Shown here: positions 8,610-16,933 of the stretch, in pieces
How positions within the stretch are numbered: position 1 is the first letter of the stretch
How the letters are laid out: each line of letters opens with the position of its first letter
NCBI GenBank assembly: GCA_045863855.1
Contig: BTVV01000109.1
Span: 1-20,754, forward strand
DNA from: Planctomycetota bacterium
GTDB lineage: Bacteria; Planctomycetota; SZUA-567; H5-PLA8
Length of the DNA: 20,754 nucleotides
Reading direction: 5' to 3'
Notes under the pieces: generated by a model
What the model was told of the DNA's origin: nothing
Seen by the model: the letters and a program-made list of their open reading frames with translations, nothing else
The model's database searches: none
Made by a program: the position numbers and the translations under genes

Positions 8610-8882
8610 CTAAATGCCGCGATTCCGGCGCTTGATCAATTCGTCGCGCGAGTGCTCGGGCTTCGCCGGCGCTTGCTCCGATCGCCGCGAGCGTTCCTGC
8701 CCCGTCCCGTCTTCGCCGCTGCGCTTGCGCAGCAACCACGCGCCGCCGCCGCCCGCCAGCGCCAGCAGCAAGCCCGCGCCGCCCCACACCGGATCGAGCC
8801 CCGTGACCAACGCCAGCACCACGCCGCCCGCGCAGAGCAGGATGCCCAGAAGCTGGCCGAGGCTCAGGAGCAGACCTTTCAT
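8610..8882 (-). CDS. Small membrane protein (2 TM helices, charged C-terminal tail), 90 aa
   Basis: RBS GGAG just upstream of ATG. Two hydrophobic segments are followed by RKR (positive-inside) and a hydrophilic tail. Confidence 0.75.
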   Translation of the reverse strand: MKGLLLSLGQLLGILLCAGGVVLALVTGLDPVWGGAGLLLALAGGGGAWLLRKRSGEDGTGQERSRRSEQAPAKPEHSRDELIKRRNRGI

Positions 8883-9079
8883 GGGACTCCGTTCGATAAC
8901 CTTCGGAAATCCAAACTACCCGGCGCGCGGCGAAATCCAAGAAGGAGCGGGTGGAACCGGCGTCCGGCCTTCGAACCCATGCGCCCGGCGCGTCCGAGCC
9001 TCGCCCTCGTAGGACGTTCGCGCCGCCCGAACCGGACTTCGAAATTCGCGCAAAGCGGCGCGCGGAGGCCATTCGTGGC

Positions 9080-9108
9080 TTGGCAGCACGCTCGCGATTC
9101 ACTATACC
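9080..9108 (+). promoter_or_regulatory. Possible promoter for the dehydrogenase gene
   Basis: TTGGCA-N17-TATACC about 130 nt upstream of ATG 9241; imperfect consensus. Confidence 0.35.
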
Positions 9109-9240
9109 AATGGGGTAACGGCTGCTTTGGCAGGGACCCGCGGACGCTGTGCGCGCTTTACCCCGCCGTCGACACTACCGCCGTCCGCGGTTCGCTCCCT
9201 GCGCCGTATCATTCACCCGTGTACGGAGCGACGCGGAACG

Positions 9241-12200
9241 ATGCCCGAAACCCAGACTTCCTCGCCCAGCGGCACGGTAGCGGCTTCGGATCCGGAGCTG
9301 AAACGCCGCCTCCTGCAGCTCATGCTCGCCACCCGGCTTAACGACGAAGCCGAACAGGTGCTCAAGCGCCGCGGGCAGGGCCACTTCCAGATGTCCAGCA
9401 TGGGGCACGAGGCCCTGGCCGGCATCGCGCTGGCCATGGACGAAGGGGACTGGCTGCACCCGCACTACCGCGACCGCGCGATCGTTCTGGGCCGCGGCGT
9501 GACGCACGAACAGATCTTCCTGGATTACTACGCCAAGCGCGATTCCTGCACCGGCGGGCGTCAGATGCCGGTCCACTTCAACTCGCGCCGCCACCGCATC
9601 GTCTCGCTCAGCAGCCCCGTCGCGACTAATTTTCTTCAAGCCGTCGGCATGGCGATGACGTTGAAAGAGCGCGGCATTCCGGAAGCCGTCGTCGCCACGA
9701 TCGGCGATGCGGCCACGCGCGAAGGCGAAGTCATGGAAGCGATCGCGCAGGCGGTTGTCGACGTCCTGCCGGTTCTGTTCCTGATCGAAGACAACCGCTA
9801 CGGGATCAGCACCGCCACCGAAGGGCGCACGTTTTGGACGATGCCCAAGAGCGTCGTGCGCGAGCCCGACGGGAGCGCGTGGTGGTTCGGCTGCCGGCTC
9901 GTCGAAGTGGACGGCCTCGATCCGGTCGCCGTGTACGCGGCCGCTTCGGCGGCATTGGCGCGCGGGCGAGCCGGAGAAGGCCCCACGATCCTCGTCGCCA
10001 AGCTCGAGCGGCTCGGAAGCCACTCCAGTTCGGACGACCAGCGCCTGTACCGCAGCGAAGAAGACCTCAAGGCCGCGCACGCGCGCGATCCGGTCAAACG
10101 CTTCGTCGAACGCTGCATTCACGAAAAGGTGCTTTCGGCCGCCGACGTGGAAGTCATGAAGGGCGAGATCAAGGAAGAGATCGAGGCGGCGCTGGCGCGC
10201 GCAAAGGCCGCGCCGGACCCCGATCCGGCCAGCGTCCGCGACAGTGCCTTCGCTCCGCTGCCTGACGATCTGCCCAATCAGGAAGTCGGTCTCCCGGCGC
10301 CGTTGGCCAAGCGCACCGGCGGGCAGACCATGGCGCAGTGCCTCGCGCAGGTTTTCGAACAGGAAATGCAGCGCAATCCGCGCGTGAACCTGTTTGGCGA
10401 GGACATTGAAGATCCCAAAGGCGACGTCTTCAGCATCACGCGCGGGCTCTCGTCGCGGTTCCCGGGCCGGGTGAGCAACTCGCCGCTGGCCGAGGCCACG
10501 ATCCTGGGTACCGCCGTCGGCCGCGCGATCCTCGGCGACGTCCCGGTCCCCTGCATCCAGTTCGTCGACTTCATCGGGCCCGGTCTGAACCAGCTCTTCA
10601 ATGAGGTGGTGACGATGTACTGGCGCAGCATGGGCCAATGGAACTGCCCGATGGTGGTGATGGCGCCCTACGGCGCCTACCTGCCGGGTCTGGGCGCGTG
10701 GCACAGCCAGACCAACGAGTCGATCTTCGCGCATATTCCCGGCCTGCATGTGGCGATTCCGTCGAATCCCGGCGACGCGGCGGGGCTGCTGCGCTACGCG
10801 CTGCGCTGCAACCGACCGGTCCTGTATCTGTATCCCAAGGCGCTGCTGCACGGCGCCGAAGAGACGGTCCAGAAACCGGGGCCGGAATGCCTGGTTCCGT
10901 TCGGGCGCGCGCGCGTCGTTCGGCCCGGGCGCGATTTGACGCTGGTGACGTGGGGCAACGGCGTGGCGATTTGCAAACAAGCCGCGCAGCGCGCCGCGCG
11001 CGAAGGCGTCGAGTCCGAAATCCTCGATCTGCGCACCATCGTGCCGTGGGACCGTGCAGCCGTGCTCGATTCGGTGATGCGCACCGGGCGGCTGATGGTC
11101 GTCCACGAAGACGCCAAGACTTGCGGGATGGCCGGCGAAGTGATCGCCGAAGTCGTCCAACACGCGTACGACCACCTGCTCGCGCCGCCCGTGCGGATCG
11201 TCAAGACCGACGACCACAACCCGTACCAGTTCGCGCTGGAACTCTCCATCCTGCCCAGCGTGGAAGGCGTTTACCGCGGCTTGAAAGAACTGGCCGCGCA
11301 GTCGCACCGCCCGGTGGACGCGGTAGCTCGTATTTCCGATTACGTCGCACCCGCACGCGGCATGGCTCCGGTGCCGCCGCTTAGCGCCGTGCCGCGCCCT
11401 CAATCGGCCGCGCCGGAAGCCGCGCCTGCCGCTCCGGCCGCGCGCGCCGCCGGACCGCAGCGCGTGCCTGTGGTCATTCCCAAACAGTCGCCTACCGACG
11501 AAGACGCCACCGTCGTGCGCATACTGGTCCAGCCCGGCGCGCAGGTGAAGGCCGGCGACCAGCTTGCCGAGATGGAAGCGAACAAGGGCTCTTTCGAGAT
11601 CGAAGCGCCCAACGACGGCACCGTGAGCGAGATCGTCGCGCGCGAGGGTCAGCGCGTGCGCGTCGAGACGCCGCTGCTGTTCCTCGAAGTCGCGGAAGGC
11701 GCGGAAGTGGACGTCAGTGGCGTGAGCGCCGATCGTCCGGGCGCTTCGGCGCTCCAGGAAGTTCGCCTCAGCCCCGCGCAGCTCCAGGTCGGCGCGCTGG
11801 CGCTCAAGAGCCAGCTCGAGATTCCCACCGTCAGTGTGGAGACCGAAGTGGACGTGACCGAGCTCTCCCGCCAGCGCGGGGAGTTCAAGCGCGAGATCCA
11901 GGAACGCCACGGAATCCACGTCACCTACACGCACCTGATTCTCTGGTCCGTCGTCCAGGCCATGCAGGAAGAAAGCTACAGCGGCTTCCGGGGTCGGCTC
12001 AACGCCACTGCCGACGCGCTCCTCGTCGATCCGCACGTACACGTCGCCTTCGCCGCCGAAGGGCATCACAACGATCTGTTCAATCCGTGCATTAAGAAGG
12101 CCGAACGCCTCAACTTCGTCGAACTTGTCCGCCGCGCAGGCGAACTGACCGAATCGGTGCGCAGCGGAAGCATTAACACGCTCGACCTGCAAGGCGCGAC

Positions 12201-12489
12201 CGTCACCTTGACCAACATCGGCGCGTTCGAAGCCACCGGCGGCACGCCGTTCGTAATACCGGGACAGGTGGCGATGGTCTGTGCGGGCTCGCTCCTTGAC
12301 CGCCCGCGCTATGTCGCCAACGGCAAATCGAAAGAACCGCAGCTTCAGCATCGCCGCGTGCTGCCCGTCAAACTGGTCTTCGACCACCGGCCCTTCAACG
12401 GCTCGCACGGCGCCGGTTTCCTTCGCGCGATCAAGCACAACCTCGAGACGATGAATCTGCGGGCCATTCTGGATGCCTGCAATACTTGA
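9241..12489 (+). CDS. Fused 2-oxoacid dehydrogenase E1alpha-E1beta-lipoyl-E2 acyltransferase (branched-chain/pyruvate type), 1082 aa
   Basis: E1alpha: GHEA, PHYRD, GRQMPVHF, ThDP motif GDAATREG...IEDNRYGIST, RLGSHSSSDDQRLYR. E1beta: FGEDI, SPLAE, IQFVDFI, GAWHSQ, DLRTIVPWD. Then an Ala/Pro linker, a lipoyl domain EMEANKGSFEIEAP, and E2 motifs TLTNIG and FDHRPFNG. Start ATG 9241 after GGAG. Confidence 0.93.
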   Translation: MPETQTSSPSGTVAASDPELKRRLLQLMLATRLNDEAEQVLKRRGQGHFQMSSMGHEALAGIALAMDEGDWLHPHYRDRAIVLGRGVTHEQIFLDYYAKRDSCTGGRQMPVHFNSRRHRIVSLSSPVATNFLQAVGMAMTLKERGIPEAVVATIGDAATREGEVMEAIAQAVVDVLPVLFLIEDNRYGISTATEGRTFWTMPKSVVREPDGSAWWFGCRLVEVDGLDPVAVYAAASAALARGRAGEGPTILVAKLERLGSHSSSDDQRLYRSEEDLKAAHARDPVKRFVERCIHEKVLSAADVEVMKGEIKEEIEAALARAKAAPDPDPASVRDSAFAPLPDDLPNQEVGLPAPLAKRTGGQTMAQCLAQVFEQEMQRNPRVNLFGEDIEDPKGDVFSITRGLSSRFPGRVSNSPLAEATILGTAVGRAILGDVPVPCIQFVDFIGPGLNQLFNEVVTMYWRSMGQWNCPMVVMAPYGAYLPGLGAWHSQTNESIFAHIPGLHVAIPSNPGDAAGLLRYALRCNRPVLYLYPKALLHGAEETVQKPGPECLVPFGRARVVRPGRDLTLVTWGNGVAICKQAAQRAAREGVESEILDLRTIVPWDRAAVLDSVMRTGRLMVVHEDAKTCGMAGEVIAEVVQHAYDHLLAPPVRIVKTDDHNPYQFALELSILPSVEGVYRGLKELAAQSHRPVDAVARISDYVAPARGMAPVPPLSAVPRPQSAAPEAAPAAPAARAAGPQRVPVVIPKQSPTDEDATVVRILVQPGAQVKAGDQLAEMEANKGSFEIEAPNDGTVSEIVAREGQRVRVETPLLFLEVAEGAEVDVSGVSADRPGASALQEVRLSPAQLQVGALALKSQLEIPTVSVETEVDVTELSRQRGEFKREIQERHGIHVTYTHLILWSVVQAMQEESYSGFRGRLNATADALLVDPHVHVAFAAEGHHNDLFNPCIKKAERLNFVELVRRAGELTESVRSGSINTLDLQGATVTLTNIGAFEATGGTPFVIPGQVAMVCAGSLLDRPRYVANGKSKEPQLQHRRVLPVKLVFDHRPFNGSHGAGFLRAIKHNLETMNLRAILDACNT

Positions 12490-12649
12490 CCGCTTGGCGG
12501 CGGCTGAGTTCCGTGTCCTGGACTTATAGCAGCAGATAAACCCTGCACAGCGTGCTTTAGCGGGGTATGAAAGAGTGGGCGCACGCCGTGCCTCAACTGG
12601 TGCAAAAGGGATTGCAAGTACAGGCGAGAAGTCTGGTTGAGCGCCTAAG

Positions 12650-12678
12650 TTGAATCTGGTATTAAGATTACATAAAAT
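12650..12678 (+). promoter_or_regulatory. Sigma70-type promoter for the kinase gene
   Basis: TTGAAT (12650-12655)-N17-TAAAAT (12673-12678). An overlapping TTGAGC-N17-TATTAA lies at 12637-12665. Confidence 0.6.
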
Positions 12679-12707
12679 CCCAGGAGCCGCGCAAGCCTGC
12701 CGTCATC

Positions 12708-15494
12708 ATGTCCGCACCGGCCCAACGCCCATCCGGCGAACAGCCCACCCGCACCATGCTGGGCGACTACGAACTCCTAAAGGAGATCGGGCGCGGTGGA
12801 ATGGGTTCGGTTTATCTGGCGACCCAGGTTTCGCTGGGCCGACCGGTGGCGGTCAAGATTCTCTCCAAGGATCTGGCCAAGAACGCCGACTTCGTTCAGC
12901 GCTTCTTCCGCGAAGCGCGCGCCGTCGCGCAACTCAATCATCCCAACCTGATCCAAGGCATCGCCGTCGGCGAGATCGAAGGGCAGTATTTCTTCGCCAT
13001 GGAATACGTGGACGGTCCGTCGGCGATGCAACGCCTGAAGGACATGGGTGGGAAGCTGCTGGAGGACGAAGCCCTCGATATCGCGATCCAAGTCGCGCGG
13101 GCGCTGGAACACGCGCACAAGCACGGCATGGTTCACCGCGACATCAAGCCCGACAACATTTTGCTCACCAACGACGGCACGGCCAAGCTCTGCGACCTGG
13201 GCCTCGCCAAGCTCACGCGAGCCGAGGACGCGGGACTCACGCAAGCCGGGCAAGCCGTCGGGACGCCGAATTACATTTCGCCCGAACAGGCGCGCGGCCG
13301 CACGGATGTCGATATTCGCAGCGATCTCTACAGTTTGGGCGCGACGACGTACCATCTGCTGGTGGGCGAACCGCCGTACACGGGCAACGCGGCGGCGGTG
13401 ATCATGACGCAGCACCTCGCCGAGCCGCCGCGCGACGCGCACGCGGCGAACCCCGACGTCTCCCCCGAATTCTCCGGCGTGCTTCTGCGCCTGATGCAGA
13501 AGAAGCCCGAGGACCGCTACGCGAGCCCCGCCGAACTGATCGCCGATCTCGAAGCGCTGAAGCGGGGTGAAGCGCCGGCGCGCGCGATGGCGAACCCCGA
13601 TGCCAACGGCAAAGCGGCCAAGCGCCCGCGCGCGGGACGTCCCGCCGGCATGGGCATGGGACGCCGCACGCCGGCGCGCGGGGAGCGCTCCACCGGTGGG
13701 GTGGTGCAGCGTTCGGGCGCGATCACCGGCTCCAAACTGGGCGAAGACCGCGGGACCGGACACCGCAGCGGCGCGGTCACGAGCTCCAAGCTCGCCGACG
13801 AACGTGGCGGTACGTCCAAGCATCCGCTCCGGGACGTCTCCACCGACGAAGCCAAGCCCGTTCGCGAACGCACGCGGCTGGCCACCACGCAGGTTCCTTC
13901 GCGCGGCGGGATGCCCATGATCGCCGTGGCGCTGGTGGTGCTCATCGCGGGCGCCGGCGCGGTCGTCTGGTTTACGCGCGAGACACCCGCTTCGAACAAG
14001 CCGAACACGAAGAACGCCGAGGCCGTCAAACCCGATCCGTCCGACCCGGTGAAAAACGACTCACAGGTTAATTCCGCACCGGTCGAACGTTCGGCCATCG
14101 CGCAAGGCACCACCTTTTTGGATGCTTCCGGCGCGGGGCAGTTGGGCTTTGCGCTGTGCCAGGTTAAAGTGCCCGGGGCGACCGGGGTCGCGGTCGGCGA
14201 TCTAGACGGCGACGGCAAGTCCGATCTCATCCTCGCCAGCTCCGCGCAGCCGGTGCAGGTCTTCCGGCATACCGGAGCGGCGGGCTTCGCGGAAGATGCC
14301 CGTACGCGCGGGCTGGAGCCGTTTTCCGGTCTGACGGCGCATTGGTGCGACATCAACGGCGACGGCGCGGGTGACCTTTCGTTCCTGACGGCCGACGGAC
14401 TGCGCACCTACCTGGGCCTGCCGGGCAAGCCAGGCGCGTTCGTCGAACGCGCACCGCAAGCTCGGCCGCGGTTCGTTCAGCCCCAAGGCTCGGCGTGGCT
14501 CGATTTTGACGCCGACGGGCGCCCCGATTTCCTCGCCGCCGGGCAGCAAGGACTCTTTCTGATCCGCAACGGCGCGCGCCAGCCTCAAGATGTCAGCCGC
14601 GAAACCGGGCTGGGCGGCGGCGGTCCCGGGCGCGGCGTAGGCGATTTCCTGATCACCCTCGACCTCGACGGCGACGCCTACGCCGATGCGATCTACAACA
14701 CCGGAGCACAGGGGGTGGTCCTCCATAACGAGGGTGGCAAAAAGTTCAAGGCGCTCGATTGCGGCATTAAATTCAAGTCCGAGGCCGCGTTCAAGGTGGG
14801 CCTTGCCGCGGGCGACCTGAACGGCGACGGAGCGGTGGATATCTTTGCGCCGCAGAACGGCCGGCCGTGCCTCTTCCTCAACGACGGCAGCGGTCGCTTC
14901 TCCGAAGCCCTGGATCATTCCGGGGACCTGGCGAAGCTTTCCGGTCCCGTGCGCGCCGCGGCCCTCGTCGATGTGGACCTCGACGGCGATCTGGATCTCA
15001 TCGCAGCGCTCGCCGCCGAAGTCCGGCTCTACCTCAACGACGGCCCTGCGCGATTCCGGGACGCGTCCGCCTCGATTCTGAAAGATTTGCGCAAGCGCGC
15101 CAACGTCAGCTACGTCGCCGTCCTCGACGCCAATGCCGACCGCGTGCCTGACCTCTTCTTCTACGCCGAAAACGCGCCCAGCGCGCTCTTGCTCAACGAA
15201 CTCAAGCCGGGGGCGAAAGCCGCGCCGCTCGTCGTTGCCTTCCCGCCGGGGGGCCATCCGACGCCGTTGGGCGCACGGGTGGAAGTCGCTGATGCGTGGG
15301 GGCGCAAGCAGACGCAGTGGGTCAGTGGAGCCGACGGGCGCGGCGGGCAAGCCGGCGCGGAACTCTACTTCGGAGTCGTCGCCGAGAAAGCCAAGGTGAA
15401 GGTGGTCTATGCGGGAGGCAAGCGCAGCGCCGAGATGGTCGCGAACGTCTCCGCGCTCGAAGGCGCACGCGTGCTCGTAGCTCCGCCTAAGTAA
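12708..15494 (+). CDS. Membrane Hanks-type Ser/Thr protein kinase with extracytoplasmic FG-GAP/VCBS beta-propeller and ASPIC/UnbV-like C-terminus
   Basis: Kinase motifs IGRGGMGSV, VAVK, HRDIKPDN, DLG, GTPNYISPE, DLYSLG. One TM helix IAVALVVLIAGAGAVVWF. Seven DxDxDGxxD-type repeats. C-terminal PLGARVEV...GADGRGGQ...LYFGV. Confidence 0.93.
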   Translation: MSAPAQRPSGEQPTRTMLGDYELLKEIGRGGMGSVYLATQVSLGRPVAVKILSKDLAKNADFVQRFFREARAVAQLNHPNLIQGIAVGEIEGQYFFAMEYVDGPSAMQRLKDMGGKLLEDEALDIAIQVARALEHAHKHGMVHRDIKPDNILLTNDGTAKLCDLGLAKLTRAEDAGLTQAGQAVGTPNYISPEQARGRTDVDIRSDLYSLGATTYHLLVGEPPYTGNAAAVIMTQHLAEPPRDAHAANPDVSPEFSGVLLRLMQKKPEDRYASPAELIADLEALKRGEAPARAMANPDANGKAAKRPRAGRPAGMGMGRRTPARGERSTGGVVQRSGAITGSKLGEDRGTGHRSGAVTSSKLADERGGTSKHPLRDVSTDEAKPVRERTRLATTQVPSRGGMPMIAVALVVLIAGAGAVVWFTRETPASNKPNTKNAEAVKPDPSDPVKNDSQVNSAPVERSAIAQGTTFLDASGAGQLGFALCQVKVPGATGVAVGDLDGDGKSDLILASSAQPVQVFRHTGAAGFAEDARTRGLEPFSGLTAHWCDINGDGAGDLSFLTADGLRTYLGLPGKPGAFVERAPQARPRFVQPQGSAWLDFDADGRPDFLAAGQQGLFLIRNGARQPQDVSRETGLGGGGPGRGVGDFLITLDLDGDAYADAIYNTGAQGVVLHNEGGKKFKALDCGIKFKSEAAFKVGLAAGDLNGDGAVDIFAPQNGRPCLFLNDGSGRFSEALDHSGDLAKLSGPVRAAALVDVDLDGDLDLIAALAAEVRLYLNDGPARFRDASASILKDLRKRANVSYVAVLDANADRVPDLFFYAENAPSALLLNELKPGAKAAPLVVAFPPGGHPTPLGARVEVADAWGRKQTQWVSGADGRGGQAGAELYFGVVAEKAKVKVVYAGGKRSAEMVANVSALEGARVLVAPPK

Positions 15495-15503
15495 CTGAAT
15501 GCG

Positions 15504-16838
15504 TTACGGCAGCTTCGCCCCGCCCGCCGGCAGCGCCACGTATACCGGGCTCCCGCTTAATTTCAGCTTCAAGCGCCCGCCCGGCGTTTCCTGCTTGGCG
15601 CCCTGTCCGAAGAGGTCGAAGACTTCTGCCTCCGTGACGCCCTCCAGCGCCAGCTCGACGTCGTGCGCCTCTGCCTGATCCGGGCCTTCCTTCGCCTGCG
15701 GGGATGTCCAGGCCGCCAGCTTCAGCGCGCCCGCCGCGTTTTCGAAGACGAGCAGGAAATCCTGCGCGTTCGGCGTCTCGATTCGCTGCTTGAAGGCGTA
15801 CCCGCGCAGTTGCTCGGTCAGCGCCACCAGCGCGCGGTGCGCCGGCCGCTTCTCTTCGCCGCGCACCAAGCCGAAATCTTCCTTGTCGCCGGGCTTCATC
15901 TCCCACTCGTACCAGATCGAAAGCCGGATCTCGGCCATCCGATCGAGCAACGTCTGCCGCACCAGATGCCACGCCTGGAACGTCTGCGCCAGCTCCACCG
16001 GTCCGCCCGACCAGCCTTCCTTCGATTTCGCCACAGCGAATCCGCGCTCGCTGTTAATCAACGGGAAATCGGGCGCGCCGTGCTTCGTGAGCAGTTCCCG
16101 CACCTTCGCGTATCCGCCCAGATGCTGTTCGGGATGCCGGAAGCCGTACGGATGAATCGACCACGCCTTGATCCCGCATTTCAGGATGCCTTGCTCGAAG
16201 CACGAATTCGTCCAGAAGAACGAAGGCTCCCACAGGCACGAGACCGATCCGGCCATCACGAAGACGTCCGGATCCTCGGCCAACATCGCGGCCACCGTCT
16301 CTTTCACCAGCAGCGTGTACTCGGTGGCGAACTCCGTGTTATTCCCGGCCTTCACGTCTTGCCGCCAGAAGGTCTTGGTGTTCGGCTCGTTCCAGATTTC
16401 CCACAAGATCCCGCGCCCTTTGAAATGCTTCGCCAGCGCCGCGCCGAATGCCGCGTAGCCTTTGCGCCCCTCTTCCGTCTGCACGCCGCCGCGCTTGTCG
16501 TCCTCGTGCACGGGGTTGTTCCCGAAGAGCACCCCCAGCACGCGCAGGCCGCGGCTGTCGGCTTCCTTCAACAGCGCATCGTAGTTCGAAAAATCGTACA
16601 CCCCCTTCTCCTTCTCGATCGCCTGCCAATAGAAGCCGCGCCGAATAAACGTCGCGCTCGACTGCTTCACGCCATCCAGGTGCTCCGGCGCGCACGAATG
16701 ATTCTTGATGTTGATGCCCACGCATTCGGGAATCGTACGCGCCGGCATCTCGGACGCGCCGAGCGCGATGGCGTGCAGCGGCAACAGAAGCGCCGGAAGC
16801 AACGCAGCGCGGGCAGGGCGTTGAAGCTTCTCGGGCAT
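15504..16838 (-). CDS. Secreted clan GH-A glycoside hydrolase (GH5/GH39-like)
   Basis: Signal peptide, then FYWQAIEKEKGVYDFS, acid/base motif WEIWNEPN, SIHPY, nucleophile motif INSERG and a C-terminal beta domain ending LSGSPVYV. RBS GAGGAG. Exact family not assignable by eye. Confidence 0.85.
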   Translation of the reverse strand: MPEKLQRPARAALLPALLLPLHAIALGASEMPARTIPECVGINIKNHSCAPEHLDGVKQSSATFIRRGFYWQAIEKEKGVYDFSNYDALLKEADSRGLRVLGVLFGNNPVHEDDKRGGVQTEEGRKGYAAFGAALAKHFKGRGILWEIWNEPNTKTFWRQDVKAGNNTEFATEYTLLVKETVAAMLAEDPDVFVMAGSVSCLWEPSFFWTNSCFEQGILKCGIKAWSIHPYGFRHPEQHLGGYAKVRELLTKHGAPDFPLINSERGFAVAKSKEGWSGGPVELAQTFQAWHLVRQTLLDRMAEIRLSIWYEWEMKPGDKEDFGLVRGEEKRPAHRALVALTEQLRGYAFKQRIETPNAQDFLLVFENAAGALKLAAWTSPQAKEGPDQAEAHDVELALEGVTEAEVFDLFGQGAKQETPGGRLKLKLSGSPVYVALPAGGAKLP

Positions 16839-16933
16839 GGTTTCTTCTCCTCGATCCGCTCCTACTCTATCCTTTTAAGTAGGGGACGAACAATGGACGG
16901 AGCCACTCAAATCTTGTACTTTAAGCTTTTATC

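Noticed and set aside
9127..9240. Longer N-terminal extensions in the ORF track (dehydrogenase 9127, tsf 6282, groES 4006, groEL 3564)
   Set aside because: Downstream ATGs have RBS-like sequences and coincide with the start of recognisable protein sequence.
9175..12438. 1087-aa antisense ORF opposite the dehydrogenase
   Set aside because: In-register shadow of a high-GC3 gene; no recognisable motifs. Such ORFs are expected when TTA/CTA/TCA codons are avoided.
12597..12618. TGG...TTGCA as a sigma54 promoter upstream of the kinase
   Set aside because: The GG-to-GC spacing is not the required 10 nt.
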